Shown: positions 27,201 through 39,552 of the stretch, piece by piece
Position numbering within the stretch: position 1 is the first letter of the stretch
How the letters are laid out: each line of letters opens with the position of its first letter
Assembly: GCA_950097015.1 (NCBI GenBank)
Contig: CATNEN010000001.1
Span: forward strand, 26,846,001 to 26,910,000
Reading direction: 5' to 3'
DNA length: 64,000 nucleotides
Source: Macrostomum hystrix
Taxonomy: Eukaryota; Animalia; Platyhelminthes
Program-made: the position numbers and the translations under genes
The notes under the pieces: generated by a model
What the model was told of the DNA's origin: nothing
Database searches by the model: none
Seen by the model: the letters and a program-made list of their open reading frames with translations, nothing else

Positions 27201-29151
27201 ACCTGCCACTTCATGACCTGATCTACCAGCCACCACATGACCTGATCTACCTGCCACTTCATGACCTGATCTACCAGCCACCACATGACCTGATCTACCT
27301 GCCACTTCATGACCTGATCTACCAGCCACCACATGACCTGATCTACACTGCGACTTCATCGACCTGATCTACCTGCCACTTCATGACCTGATCTACCAGC
27401 CACCACATGACCTGATCTACCAGCCACCACATGACCTGATCTACACTGCGACTTCATCGACCTGATCTACCTGCCACTACATGACCTGATCTCATAAGCA
27501 CATGAGAATCTAACCTCAAAATCAAAGTGGCGCTCCTTGAGTGGGTCGAATTTCATGCCAAAGATAGGCACAGCCAAGATGTACAAGCCATCAACTTCAG
27601 CCACTGTGGGCTCTGTGTACAAATTCTTCCATGGAATCTTCAGCACCAGATTGGCAAGGTGGCCCTGCTTCACTTCAATGGGAATTTCTAGGCCCTCCAA
27701 AGCATTTGGCTTGATGTTAAGGTTTTCTAAGCGGACATCACCTGAGAAAGCATAGAAATTTCTTAGATAGAATCAAGTAGCAAATTTGTTGGTTAGTGTT
27801 ATAATCGAAAGATTTTATTAATATGTACACTTGAAAACAAAGCCAGATGATACAGTAAAAAATTGTAGGTTAAAAACTTTTAATAATAAACTCTACAAAA
27901 ATGCCAAACCATCCCATTTAAATAAAAAATGACTACAAGTACAATAGCTATTAAGCACCTAAATATAAAAAGAAGACACTTTAACACATGTATTACCCAA
28001 GTGAAAATCTCACTGATTTAAGCAAGAATTTTGTAAATAGTATACTATTCCTGATAACAAACTAACAAACATCTAAAAAATAGGGCCTTTTTATGACAAT
28101 CTATAGGACTGTATACATTCTGGTACTAGGGAATTTTGATTCTAGGAATTACTTTTGGTATATATATGACTAGCTTCTCTAATAGGATTAATTCATTTTT
28201 CTTTTCTAATTAGAATTTATTATATATATATACTCATGGATAAGTAATTTTAATATTGACATGGCAGTTTCTTAATTATGGAATAATTGAATAATTGTAT
28301 AAAGTACTTATATAATTCAAAGAAATCCTAGTCAATCAGACTATCATAATGGTGATACACATATGTCGATATATTTCAATACATTTTTACATTATCTGGT
28401 CTATTTGCATATCTTAACTTTAATTTATCTTCAAATGTAAATAATCTTTTTCGAAAAATGTAACCTATAGTTACATCACAAGTATAAAAGGTTTAAAACA
28501 AAAACTAATATAAAAGTTAGAAACACTTCACAAGAAACATATAATATATTTAGTTTACTATTAATCTAAATTGTGAAAAATATTTGTTCTTTATAACTAG
28601 TTTAAGCTTTAATGTAGCCATATAGTAAACTCAATAACAAGATGGTGTGTTCCTTTTTTATCTTACTTTGGTCTTGACATTATTTTCTTTTTACTAACAT
28701 TGTTTATTTATCCTGTTCAATTAAAGAAATAATAGCAATTTGATTAGTAATTTTTTACATTTTAATTAAAAAAGCAAAGATACATAATAAAAACTAATAC
28801 TTACAAATATATAAACAGCTTAAAAGGGATGTTTATTTTCGTAATATATATTATCCAGGTCTTCAATATGCAATAGCTCTTGAAGTCTAGCACATTGTCA
28901 AGATGACACGTTCCACAGAATGCATAACACATAATATTTTCATTCAAAAAGTTTATTTGCTGTGCATCTATAAATGATAGCCATAAATAAATATTACAAA
29001 GTTAAAATTCAGCTCAAAAAGAGTTTTCAATGTAAATGAAAATTTTATACCTACCTCGCCACAGCGAAAGATTTAACTGAGACGAATCAAGGTTTTCAAC
29101 ATAATCACCAAGTGCACGGTTGATTAAATCTACAACAAGCTTTTCAAACAT
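3269..29151 (-). CDS. VPS13: Vacuolar protein sorting 13 (VPS13A/C-like, chorein) lipid-transfer protein, 5' part; multi-exon, continues beyond the left edge of the window
   Basis: Spliced N-terminus [77 protein letters not shown] and [25 protein letters not shown] match the chorein-N domain; GWFSGWF motif present. Exons with matching splice phases: 29151-29055, 27741-27515, 26610-26314 (GC donor), 25528-25394, 25311-25263, 23978-23659, 22746-22600, 17451-17147, 15699-15622, 15302-14981, 14353-13821, 12355-12037, 11297-10656, 9739-9266, 9179-9099, 7609-7253, 6327-5729, 3501-3269 (5215 nt, open). Confidence 0.95.
3650..3962. repeat. 16-bp minisatellite
   Basis: gatccctagatctgta. Confidence 0.95.
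4200..4208 (-). CDS. VPS13: Candidate 9-nt microexon of VPS13
   Basis: ttcgattccag|GCGAGACGG|gtgagt; open in the phase-2 frame. Confidence 0.45.
4655..4669 (-). CDS. VPS13: Candidate 15-nt microexon of VPS13
   Basis: ttctaatgcttttatcgcttag|CGGAGTGATCATGAG|gtaggt; open in the phase-2 frame of the host intron. Confidence 0.5.
4965..5590. repeat. 23-bp minisatellite
   Basis: ggatgggatctaggattctacaa. Confidence 0.95.
6395..7205. repeat. 30-bp minisatellite
   Basis: atcagatgggattttgattgg(c/a)tctatggg. Confidence 0.95.
7638..8176. repeat. 17-bp minisatellite
   Basis: tatgatataggtcattc. Confidence 0.95.
8660..8980. repeat. Degenerate 40-bp minisatellite
   Basis: cttgaagctgtgattggtttaagacgcctgtgtacattca. 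Confidence 0.85.
9978..10595. repeat. Compound minisatellite: 17-bp unit grading into related 16-bp units
   Basis: ctaccaaaacctaccgg, then taccaaatctaccaat, then aaatctataaattccc. Confidence 0.9.
11337..12003. repeat. 36-bp minisatellite
   Basis: aactcaatgtacacatgaactagccgatcgataacc. Confidence 0.95.
13101..13385 (+). mobile_element. tRNA-derived SINE with a CORE/Meta-like central domain
   Basis: A-box-like tagcctagt, B-box ggttcgattcc, central tgtgtctttaagcaagacactgaactc...ctgttaaatgtgtacc, (att)n tail; related copies at 39553-39710, 49720-49878 and a degenerate minus-strand copy at ~9780-9920. Confidence 0.75.
14395..14968. repeat. 18-20-bp minisatellite
   Basis: cactgagggtca(g/t)tgtg(ag)t. 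Confidence 0.95.
15317..15580. repeat. Degenerate 21-bp minisatellite
   Basis: ggatttcaatttggtcacaga. Confidence 0.85.
15805..17075. repeat. 24-bp minisatellite
   Basis: gaatatactagataatagacagta and variant gaataggctagagaatggacagta. Confidence 0.95.
17674..18297. repeat. 19/16-bp minisatellite
   Basis: atgaggatctgtatgagac with atgaggatctgtatgc variants. Confidence 0.95.
19703..20872. mobile_element. Non-autonomous hAT (Charlie-like) element whose interior is a ~1-kb minisatellite
   Basis: TIRs ccggggtcggcaaact / agtttaccgaccccta; subterminal (t/c)cggccc motifs; perfect 8-bp TSD agctaaag at 19695-19702 and 20873-20880. Confidence 0.85.
19793..20823. repeat. 16-bp pyrimidine-rich minisatellite inside the hAT element
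   Basis: ctcatctctcccctgt. Confidence 0.95.
21343..21447 (-). CDS. VPS13: Candidate 105-nt cassette exon of VPS13 ([35 protein letters not shown])
   Basis: gtgttttag acceptor, gtaagc donor, phase 0-0 like the host intron, no stop. Confidence 0.6.
21668..22175. repeat. 20-bp minisatellite
   Basis: tttgcgaaatgggg(t/g)gttga. Confidence 0.95.
22792..23079. repeat. ~154-bp tandem duplication (2 copies)
   Basis: gttcaaatttacagac...cattcgcaactt at 22792 and 22946. Confidence 0.85.
24330..25235. repeat. 23/22-bp minisatellite
   Basis: ccatttctcatgagctatgattg. Confidence 0.95.
25938..26296. repeat. Near-perfect 15-bp G-rich minisatellite (~24 copies)
   Basis: agggaagaggggtag. Confidence 0.97.
26652..27492. 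repeat. 24-bp minisatellite
   Basis: catgacctgatctacc(t/a)gccac(ta/ca/tt). Confidence 0.95.
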
Positions 29152-30949
29152 TGTAAGATAATATTTGTATTCCTTTCCGAGTTAAGATTTCAAGACAGAA
29201 TTAAATATGGCTTCATGAAAGGCTACCACATTTAAAGTAGCCTTCGAAAGCTGCACTTTAAGCTAAACTAAATTTGCTACTGGTGTTCCAGCTAGAAAAA
29301 GCCTTTGAAAATTAGGTAGAAAAATTAATTCAAGTCTTTAAGCTCTCAGTTTAAGGCTGTACGTTGTTTCTTGTTAAGTGTTCAAATCTAAATTGTATCA
29401 AAATTCGTGTTCATTAAAGTTTCAAAGTAAAACAAGTAAAATAATACTTCCAGCAATCATTTTGAATGATTGTTTCATATTATTTTTTCGGTCATTGTTT
29501 TAGCTTTTACAGTATTTTATTTCATATTGCAGGAACAAGTTAAGTTTCGTAAATTTTACGTATGCTTTTATATATTTTTTTACGCTAACCACATTAGCGG
29601 AATTAATCAGTGAAGTTCAAATTAAGGGTTCATTCTTAAATTACTTTGAAAAATGTTATCAACTTAACTTGATCATTTCAGTAGCTCATTTTGACTATAC
29701 TGAAATAAATATTTATGACATATATTGAAAGTACTTTTATTTAAATAGCATGAACACCACTAGCTTCGAAATTTATGCATAATTGAATTAAATAATTGAA
29801 ATTCTTAACATATAACATTCAACTTCGATAAATTTGGTAGAGCATTTTGCATTAGCTTTTTTTATTGTTTCTGAGGTCATGCTGACAATGTGCATCTCAG
29901 ATTTTTGTGCATGTGCATCTAAAGTTTCCAGTTTGACTCAAAGATTAAGAGCTGTTGTACATCATTTTAAGCACATTCGCAAATAACTTATTAAATTATT
30001 ATGTTTAATAAATTCTTTATTCAAGTTAATGGAGATATCGATTCGATTTTTATCCAATCTCAGTTGTACATGTATACACATGTAACATATGTACATGCGC
30101 TATAGTCTAAATGGATTATATACGCGAGTATTTAGTTCGGCTTTTCCTTTCTGTTTTATGGGTTAAAATTAAAGTTGTCTCTGAAGTGCGCAATGGCACA
30201 CAAGGATTACTTAATTAAGATTATACTTTATCTACTTTGGTAGTCCTTTCTCTGCATTGGGATCAGGGAAACGGGTTGATCAGTCTGACGATCTGCGAGA
30301 CTGGCTGATTGAGGAATAATTTTTACGAAAGCTTTAAGTGCTGGCTGATACTAAAAATAGACGCAATTTCTCGCAATCTTGGGATTCCCCAAAGCCTGAG
30401 TCCCGCGCTTTTCATCGAAATTCCGCTCCGAGCATCAGTACTACTCACAGTAGTCTGTTGGGACATAATCTGCCTTGCAATCGCGCTGCAAGGCCAACCG
30501 ATTCCAAGAGAAAGTTCGGTCTGCCCTGGGAGAGAGCGGAGGCCGCAGTCTCAGTGCACGGCTCAGCCAATGAGGTGCGAGTTCTGTGCGGTCACATGAC
30601 TCCACTGCCCAGCCTCTCTTCTGCATCCGCGGCCGAGCCAGTGAGCAGAGAGTAACTCAGCCTCAGGCGTTTCTGAAAATGGAAATCTGTTCTCTCACCG
30701 GCTCTCAGCCCCCCCAGCTCCATCTCCGAGCTGTGTAGGGCTGGGAGGCCACTGCAGGCGCTGCTCTCTGTGCTTTCTGAACAAAAGAAGGCCGGCTGGA
30801 GAGGACGAGCTGCCCCGCCCGCACAGGGGAAGGAGCGCAGCGGCAAAGGCTGCCATCCACTCGGCCCATTGTGTGGCCTATCTGAACAGATGACAGAAAA
30901 ATATTAATTTAGCATTCAACAGGCTTGCTAAATTAGTACTGGCCTTCAA

Positions 30950-31628
30950 AGCTGCACCACAATCCCATCCTCACAGCTGCATCCCACACTCCAATCCCAT
31001 CCTCACAGCTGCATCCCACACCCCAATCCCATCCTCACAGCTGCATCCCACACCCCAATCCCATCCTCACAGCTGCATCCCACACCCCAATCCCATCCTC
31101 ACAGCTGCATCCCACACCCAATCCCATCCTCACAGCTGCATCCCACACCCCAATCACATCCTCACAGCTGCATCCCACACCCCAATCACATCCTCACAGC
31201 TGCATCCCACACCCAATCCCATCCTCACAGCTGCATACCACACCCCAATCCCATCCTCACAGATGCATCCCACACCCAATCCCATCCTCACAGCTGCATC
31301 CGACACCCCAATCCCATCCTCACAGCTGCATACCACACCCCAATCCCATCCTCACAGCTGCATCCCACACCCAATCCCATCCTCACAGCTGCATCCCACA
31401 CCCAATCCCATCCTCACAGCTGCATCCCACACCCAATCCCATCCTCACAGCTGCATCCCACACCCAATCCCATCCTCACAGCTGCATCCCACACCCCAAT
31501 CCCATCCTCACAGCTGCATCCCACACCCCAATCCCATCCTCACAGCTGCATCCCACACCCCAATCCCATCCTCACAGCTGCATCCCACACCCCAATCACA
31601 TCCTCACAGCTGCATCCCACACTCCAAA
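30950..31628. repeat. 31/32-bp minisatellite
   Basis: cccatcctcacagctgcatcccacaccc(c)aat. Confidence 0.95.
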
Positions 31629-32202
31629 TCCAACACCACAACAATGTCAAATGAAGAGCAATGCAGGTCGTACTTCGTGTTTTGTGTTAATGGCCAACGC
31701 TGGCAAAGGCGGGTCAGTTCAGGTAGAAATTGAAGATTGTAGTAAAAATTGACATCAATTTATTGACAGTGGTGTTAACTAAAATAGATTATTCGCACAT
31801 AAAAAGCAACAAAATCACAGTTTCAGTACAGTGGAATATATTCAATAGACAATAGGCATCCATCGATAGAAAATAGACAACAAGACAGGGAGCACGGAAA
31901 GCCAAGCAGACAGCTCAGCCATGAGCTCCTTTGGGTGAGCATAGAATGAGCAGAGTGAGCAGTACAAATGTGTCACATCAGTGAGTCAGCATGAGCTGAC
32001 AATACCGAACACAACTTGAAAATCAACAACAAAAGTTGATATGAAAGTGCAGTTTCAGCAAAGCTAAAGCTGGCCTTTCATCCATTGGAGCTGAGCCTCG
32101 GACTGAGCAGCTCTTGAGATGCCTCTGACCTGGGCCCTGCTGGGGTCGAGTAAGATTTTATAGGCCAGTTGGACACACAATCCAAATCCCATGACTACTA
32201 CT

Positions 32203-33470
32203 CGAGCAGTTACTGAGCTCAATGAGCAGTTACTGAGCTCAATGAACGGTTACTAGAGCAGCTCAATGAGCAGTTACTGAGCTCAATGAACGGTTACTAG
32301 AGCAGCTCAATGAGCAGTTACTGAGCTCAATGAGCGGTTACTAGAGCAGCTCAATGAGCAGTTACTGAGCTAAATGAGCAGTTACTGGAGCAGCTCAATG
32401 AGCAGTTACTGGAGCAGCTAAATGAGCAGTTACTGGAGCAGCTAAATGAGCAGTTACTGGAGCAGCTAAATGAGCAGTTACTGGAGCAGCTAAATGAGCA
32501 GTTACTGGAGCAGCTAAATGAGCAGTTACTGGAGCAGCTAAATGAGCAGTTACTGGAGCAGCTAAATGAGCAGTTACTGGAGCAGCTAAATGAGCAGTTA
32601 CTGGAGCAGCTAAATGAGCAGTTACTGGAGCAGCTAAATGAGCAGTTACTGGAGCAGCTAAATGAGCAGTTACTGGAGCAGCTAAATGAGCAGTTACTGG
32701 AGCAGCTCAATGAGCAGTTACTAGAGCAGCTCAATGAGCAGTTACTGGGCTCAATGAGCAGTTACTAGAGCAGCTAAATGAGCAGTTACTGGAGCAGCTA
32801 AATGAGCAGTTACTGGAGCAGCTAAATGAGCAGTTACTGGAGCAGCTAAATGAGCAGTTACTGGAGCAGCTAAATGAGCAGTTACTGGAGCAGCTCAATG
32901 AGCAGTTACTGGGCTCAATGAGCAGTTACTGGAGCAGCTCAATGAGCAGTTACTAGAGCAGCTCAATGAGCAGTTACTGGGCTCAATGAGCAGTTACTAG
33001 AGCAGCTAAATGAGCAGTTACTGGAGCAGCTAAATGAGCAGTTACTGGAGCAGCTAAATGAGCAGTTACTGGAGCAGCTAAATGAGCAGTTACTGGAGCA
33101 GCTAAATGAGCAGTTACTGGAGCAGCTAAATGAGCAGTTACTGGAGCAGCTCAATGAGCAGTTACTAGAGCAGCTCAATGAGCAGTTACTGGGCTCAATG
33201 AGCAGTTACTAGAGCAGCTAAATGAGCAGTTACTGGAGCAGCTAAATGAGCAGTTACTGGAGCAGCTCAATGAGCAGTTACTGGAGCAGCTAAATGAGCA
33301 GTTACTGGAGCAGCTAAATGAGCAGTTACTGAAGCAGCTCAATGAGCAGTTACTGGAGCAGCTAAATGAGCAGTTACTGGAGCAGCTAAATGAGCAGTTA
33401 CTGGAGCAGCTAAATGAGCAGTTACTGGAGCAGCTAAATGAGCAGTTACTGGAGCAGCTAAATGAGCGGT
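32203..33470. repeat. 24-bp minisatellite with 19-bp variants
   Basis: aatgagcagttactggagcagcta. Confidence 0.95.
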
Positions 33471-33531
33471 CACAGGAGTTTCCGGCCTATGAAATATGCC
33501 ATTAAAACACAAGCGAACTCACTCTGGCTGC

Positions 33532-35289
33532 TCAGGCGTCAAAATAGTTTTTTCCGTTGTACCTGAAAGCAGAGAAGAGAAATTCTATAAACTGAGGGGC
33601 TTTGAAATGGCTGAAAATGGCTGACACAGAAAGTGCTTCAAATAATATTATAAGCATTAACTGCATTTTATTGTTGATTAGCAAATTGAAAATCTTTCAT
33701 CTTCCTTGTCTCACCTCTCCATGTCTTATGTCCCCCCTGTCTCATAATATGGTACTGTGGTGCCAGGGCTCTGTGATTAGAATGGTCTTGAGAATGACTT
33801 GTACACCTGCAGCGGCCAAAACCACCTGCACCCACTCAGTGCGATAATGCTAGATGAGAGACATTCTCAGTCGCCATGGCAACTCACCCACGCAGCAGCT
33901 CGGCCAGTTCGCTCATTTCCTTCTCAGTGGCCAAATCCAGCGCAGTCTTGCCATGACTGTCCTTCAGGCTCCAGTCCGACCCTGCGGCCAGCAGAGCCCG
34001 ACCGACTGCGGCGGCGGTGGCGGGGGGCACCTCAGCTGCCTCCATGAGGGGCGTGGATTCCCACATGTAAATTCTGGTGTTGGCGGAGGCTCCGGCATGG
34101 AGCAGCTGGGAGACTGCGGCAGAATTGCCAGCCCCGGCTGCACAGTGCAAGCAACTGCGACCATTCACAAGAGCACAGGTGGGGTCCCCGAGCTGCAGCA
34201 GATGCCGCAGAGCTCCGTCAGAGCAGCCGATGTTCTCAGCTGCCAGCGCTACCGGTGTCTGGCCCCACATGTCCGGCAAGTCGCAGTTGCCGCGGGTCGC
34301 CGCTCGCCGCAGCCCCGCCGAGTCGCCCGCCTCGGCCAGACGCTCCAGTTCTTCTCGCTCTGCCTCCTCCTGCAAGGACGAGTGGAGAATTTGAGCACAG
34401 CTGCTCATCTGCATCCACATTGGCACCCCAGATGCCACTCACCGAGGCTGTCAGGCCGGAGATGTAGCCATCTCCATCCAGTCGCAGCCGCATCTCCCTG
34501 CGAATCAGAAGAAAACAAAGGTACACACACAATCGCACACAAACAGGCAGCAGTTTCAGACAAGCTCATTTTCGCTGCATCAGCAAAGCTTTGGGGTCGA
34601 GAAAGCACTGCGGTTTCAGCCTGCGGGCACAGCAGCGAACTGATCACTCACCGCTCAATGTAGCTGGCGAGCTCTGAGTGGCCGCTCTGCCTCGCCATGT
34701 CAAGCGCGGTTCGACCTTCGCTGTCCTGCAGGCCGAGCAGCTGATCCCTCCTAGAGTTGCCATGTTTCCTAAACTCATTATACCTCCACTGCCTCAGCAG
34801 ATGCAGCAGGTGTTTCGCGGCTGGCCAGCTGCCGACCCGAGCTGCCTCCATCAGCGGTGTCGCGCCTCGCTCGTTCTGCAGCCACTTCGCATCGAACGGC
34901 AGCAGCGCCAGCAGCCGCAGGTGGTTTCGCCTGACTGCCACGTGCCCAGCCGTGTCGCCCGCCCCGTCACGCGCTCCCGGATCCGCGCCAAGCTCTTTGA
35001 ATAAGTACAATACGCACTTCTCAGTCTCCACGGGAGTATCTGGAGCGTCGGCAACCAGCATCAAGACGGTCCATCCGTTTTCATTGGTGCTTGCCACCAG
35101 CTGTCGCGTCGCCAGCTGGCGCACCTGGAAAAAGTCGCCGTGGATTACCAGCTGGGCGAGTCTCTGCAACTGAGAGTCGGCAATGCAACAGTCAGTGGAC
35201 AGGTTCAGTCAATATTTGAGCAATAGAAAGAGCACTGTGATTGGCTGTGAGTTCCTCACCTGGTCATCGCTTTGGCCTCCAGCAGCCAT
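33532..35289 (-). CDS. Ankyrin-repeat protein, 5 coding exons, ~371 aa
   Basis: Exons 35289-35260, 35169-34652, 34497-34443, 34369-33888, 33562-33532 with consistent phases; ankyrin motifs GWTVLMLVA, GDTAGHVAV, GATPLMEAA, GRTALDMA, GQTPVALAA, GRSCLHCAA, STPLMEAA, GKTALDLA. Confidence 0.85.
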
Positions 35290-38200
35290 CGGCCTGATTA
35301 AAGTTAGAAGATAAACTGAGCGCTAAAAAACTATGCCTCTAGCCTGCTGCAGCTCGGAGAGGGCTTTAAATGTTTGAAATGGCTGCCAAGGCAACGGGCG
35401 GGCCAGTGTCTGCCGCACTCTCCTCTCTCCTGAGTGCTTTCGAATCGTGCTCTTTGGTGGCTACTCACAGGGCAGTAGAGTTAAGCGCATGCTGCAACTG
35501 TGGGTCATATTGCATTATAATTTAAAACCTAATTCATAATTCATTTAACACTAATGCACATAACATTCTCACTAGCTAAATCTTAAAGCTTATAAGCTTG
35601 TATATAAGAAATCTCTTGATGGCAGTGTGAATTAGCCTTAAGTCAACTAAGCTTCTGTGTTGAGTTGCAGTTAAACTAGCAAAAATAGTTTAAATTCTGA
35701 TTTGAAAGTGTGATTTCTTTAAATAATACAGATCTCCTTTCTGAAAAAAAATGAAATTTTTATTTTTATTTCTTAAGTTAACAACTTAAAAGGAACTGTA
35801 AATTTTCCAGACCTAACTGTATTGTAGGCAATGTAGCACTTTTACAAGAAAATGTGTATAATATTATTCTAACGAATAAATTTGCTACAATGCATGTTAC
35901 ATATTTATTTCAAAACAAAGTTGCAGGCTAACTGAGATTTTGGAGGTGTTACACATGTGTACAAATATTAATATGAAATTTGCCATTGTTAGAGATCTCC
36001 AACATAGACTAGCTAATGAACATGATCCTGCCTATTACAGACCAGATTATGTTCAGCAGATGCTGCAAAGCAAGTCAACAGCCAGCTGCAAAAGGCCTGG
36101 GCACATGGTTGCATTCTGTTTGTCAATGGTGTCCATCGCCAGGATTGTCTGTTTTGATGGACCTATGCAAGCTGGGACATGCTTCATGTGCTACTATCCC
36201 AACTGCAGTCAAGAGTCGCCTGGACAATTTTTCATAGGCCTGTCTAGTGCCTGTTTTGCCTGTTCTATGATTCCAATGCTAAGTTCAACTTCTGAGCAAC
36301 TTCCATACACCAATTTTGTGTGTACAAGCTCCTCAGAGCAGCCTCATCAGGTTGAGGTCTGCTGCTTTTAAACATTGCAAAGCAACAACTACAAGCCAGA
36401 CAAACCTGTCACTATGTTGCACTTTACTAACTGATTTTCTGCAACTGCCACTGTCTTGGGATTGACTCATTAAAGTCCAGTGACAAAATTGAGCAGTCAG
36501 CTATGCGCTCAACCTTGTCACCAACAAGGCTCCTAAGCCCAACTTTGATGAGTGGCTAAGGCTGTCTAGAGAACAACATAACTTACTTGTGGCTTAAGTC
36601 GCACACTCAGCTTATCTTTGCCCTAGTGGCTTCTGATTTTGGCGCTTTAGTTTGCCCTTTTGTATTTTATCCAGTTGTGAATCTGACTAAATAAACTTCT
36701 TTCCCTCCTTTCCCGCCCAAGTTGCAGGAACACTGGAAATTGATAAGCACTCTACTTTAAAGAGATTGTTTTGGTAGCCTGCAAGCTAAAGTTTTCGAAG
36801 AACAAGAGCTTCTATGCTGGCAATTACTGTCTATACTGATCTATGTCTATAATTACAGATTTTATACTACCAAGATTTCAGATTAAATTCTGCTGAAAGT
36901 TGGTGATACCTTTGAATAAGGGTCAGCACTACTTAGTTATAATGCACTGAACTGACATTAAAGTTAAGCAATCCTACTTCTAGCTAAAAAGTTAGGAGAA
37001 AATTGTTTTCCAAAAGACACATGATTTTTCTATGCCCACTCATAAAAACCTCCTCTTTGCAGCCCCACCCTTTCTGACCTTTCCTTGCCTCTTAATCCAT
37101 TTCTAGTCCCATTATAATGCTACCAACTCTCTTTCTTACTTTAGTCTTTAGTTTCTACTTGTGAATTTTAGATTCCAATCATTGCAGTCACAAAATATTT
37201 TATTTCAGCAGCATGTGAACATTTGGATACCTTGTCATTTGCACCCAATTAATCTTCACTGAATTAATTACTATTAGAGCTACTTTCCTTGTTCTCTTAA
37301 ACTGTTCTGTAACTGCTGAAAAGACAAATTACAGCCAGCAGTCACTTTTTATAAACTTATTCTTAGTGCTTTACAATACAATACTGAGACTGAGTTGTGG
37401 ATGCTTGTGGCCACATTTCAGCAGCAAATAGACACAGTGTGACCTTTCCATTAGAAAATACCATCTACACAAAGCCCTCGATCACCATTGATTAATTTGA
37501 TTTAGTCCTGGCCAGGACTGAATGCCCACATTATGCTTAAGAAATCCTGTACTCACATAGAAGAAGTTGTTCAGATGAGGCACAGTCTTGCACCTGGAGT
37601 TACAAAGAGGCTGAATTCTTAGTGACGCTTAGTATATGACACAGTGTGCATTGAGTTAACCTCAGTTGATATGCAAGCTGGTTCTGAAGCACACCAACTG
37701 ATATGGGGCATATATCTAGTGCATATGGAGTTGCTGCAAGTTACTGAAGCAGTTCGCAGTGTATATTGTTATTATTTTGTTTGCATGCTTCATTTGTAAT
37801 ATAAAATATTGTTTTATAAAGTCATCAATGATTGCATCTTTGAATTAGCATCAGGCAATTTACTTTAGAGGCCAAATTGTTTAGGCTTGACAATTGAAGC
37901 CTAAATTTAAATTCACGCAAACGACAGCGTTTTAAGCATTAGCTAGCAGGCTACGGAGCGGAGCGGGAAAGCTAGCTCTATGGCCACCTAGGACGTCTAA
38001 CTTATGCTCCTTACTTAGCTCCTAGCGTCCTTCCTAGGACGTAGGTATCCAAGTTTAATTTCATATTACCTTTTTCGAATTTGGCTTATACGTAATTAAC
38101 GACAATCGCCCAATCGCGCGTTTCAGACTTTTGTGCCCACTGTAGGTACGTTATGATTGGTTGGTTGTGCGTAAGCTGTCTTGTTCATCACGCCGTTTCG

Positions 38201-38519
38201 CTGTGTTTTTATACATTTAGCGCACTGCTCATATCGGCATCTCATTAATTCTCACCAGAATTGTTCCGCCTTTCCATATCCTTTCGATATCCTCTTAGAA
38301 TCCCATTTTAGCATTCTCAGGACGCATTGTCGTAAAAAAGAATCAGGCAGTTTAAAGACTTCATTTACCACTCATCCACTCAGTGGATCTCATTGTTTGA
38401 TGACAATTACTGCATAGCGTTTAAATCTCAACTTTAAAAAAAGAAATATCTAAGCAGACGCTAATAGATAGAATAATGCAATTTAACCCATTAGGTATGT
38501 ACGTGTTCAACAATAATCC

Positions 38520-38686
38520 TAGCCACGCAGGTAGTAGTCTCAGCCACGCAGGTAACAGTCTCAGCCACACAGGTAGTAGTCTCAGCCACACAGGTATTAG
38601 TCTCAGCCACGCGGGTAGCAGTCTCAGCCACACAGGTAGTAGTCTCAGCCACACAGGTAGTAGTCTCAGCCACGCAGGTAGTAGTC
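38520..38686. repeat. 21-bp minisatellite (~8 copies) whose first unit is the last six codons plus stop of WSC gene 1A
   Basis: Minus strand GAC TAC TAC CTG CGT GGC TGA repeated. Confidence 0.9.
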
Positions 38687-39384
38687 TCCAACAATTCCGC
38701 TAAGGCTGGCAGGTGGGTAGGCGAACTTGAGCAGGTGGCACAGCTGCTGCTGCTCAGAGAAGATCACAGCCTGGCAGTCATCAAACTTCGCCTCACAGCG
38801 AATCAGGCAGTCCAGATGACTGTTTGCATCAGCAGTCCAGGAAGTAGTCTGCGATGCCGCGACAGTCAGATTGGCCAGCTGGGACTGCTTGAAGCACTTC
38901 TGCTCTGAAAGTAGTCAGGCTGCAATGTTCAGGCAAAGGCAGGCAGGTACTGATAGATGAGCTCAAGTGAGAATGGTGGCTCACTCGGATAGACCAGGGC
39001 GAACACCGAGTTTCTCCAAGGCCCGCCACACATCTGAGCTGGGTCTCCGCTGCAGGTTGAGCTGCAGTCGCTCTCATTGCAAGCCCCCTGAGATCCGTAG
39101 GCATTGCTGCAAAAGCACTGCTTGCCAATCTGAACTCCAAAGTAGGGGAAGCCGCCCAGAGAGCAGATGCTGCCGCAGAACGCATGCGACATGAAGCTGC
39201 CATCGGAAATGTAGGAATTGTATGGACTGAACTCTCCCAGCTGGCTGATTCCAGTTAGCCCTCCCAGATCCCTGCTCCAGCTGTCAATGTAGCAGCCGAG
39301 GTAGGAGAACTGGAGCGCTCTGCCAGCAACGCAGGTGAGCAGAGCCAGGCTGAAGAACTCAATTAGCTTCAGAGAAGGAAGCAT
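38666..39384 (-). CDS. Secreted WSC-domain + PAN/apple-like protein (gene 1, copy A), 2 exons, 212 aa
   Basis: Signal peptide MLPSLKLIEFFSLALLTCVAG; WSC motif YLGCYID...CGSIC...YFGVQIGKQCFC...CSSTCSGDPAQMCGG; exons 39384-38985 and 38904-38666; exon 2 has CLIRCE...CQAVIF...CHL. Confidence 0.85.
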
Positions 39385-39437
39385 TTTGCGAGTTTTAGCC
39401 AGCGGTTTGAAGAATTCAGCGCACTAGAAGCAGCCAG

Positions 39438-39446
39438 TTATTTATA
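39438..39446 (-). promoter_or_regulatory. TATA-box candidate for WSC gene 1A
   Basis: TATAAATAA about 55 bp upstream of the ATG. Confidence 0.45.
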
Positions 39447-39552
39447 CTGTCTAGTTTTTGCTCCGTATATTTACGCTCTATATAGACACACAGCATGCTA
39501 CTGTGAGTAGAAAGAATGTAGAAGAGTCAGGGCACATGTGTCATTGACTGAA

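Noticed and set aside
30309-30880. GC-rich segment with short ORFs, a CCAAT and a gtgagt donor at ~30448
   Set aside because: No recognisable protein; it may be the VPS13 promoter or 5' UTR exon, but this cannot be supported without transcripts
6746-33178. Many repetitive ORFs in the track (e.g. 6746-7487, 9970-10599, 17652-18322, 19767-20854, 21573-22219, 25851-26303, 32351-33178)
   Set aside because: They are stop-free frames of minisatellites; real exons end at splice sites before the arrays
35940-36371. 143-aa plus-strand ORF
   Set aside because: TTG start, no recognisable domain, no convincing splice structure
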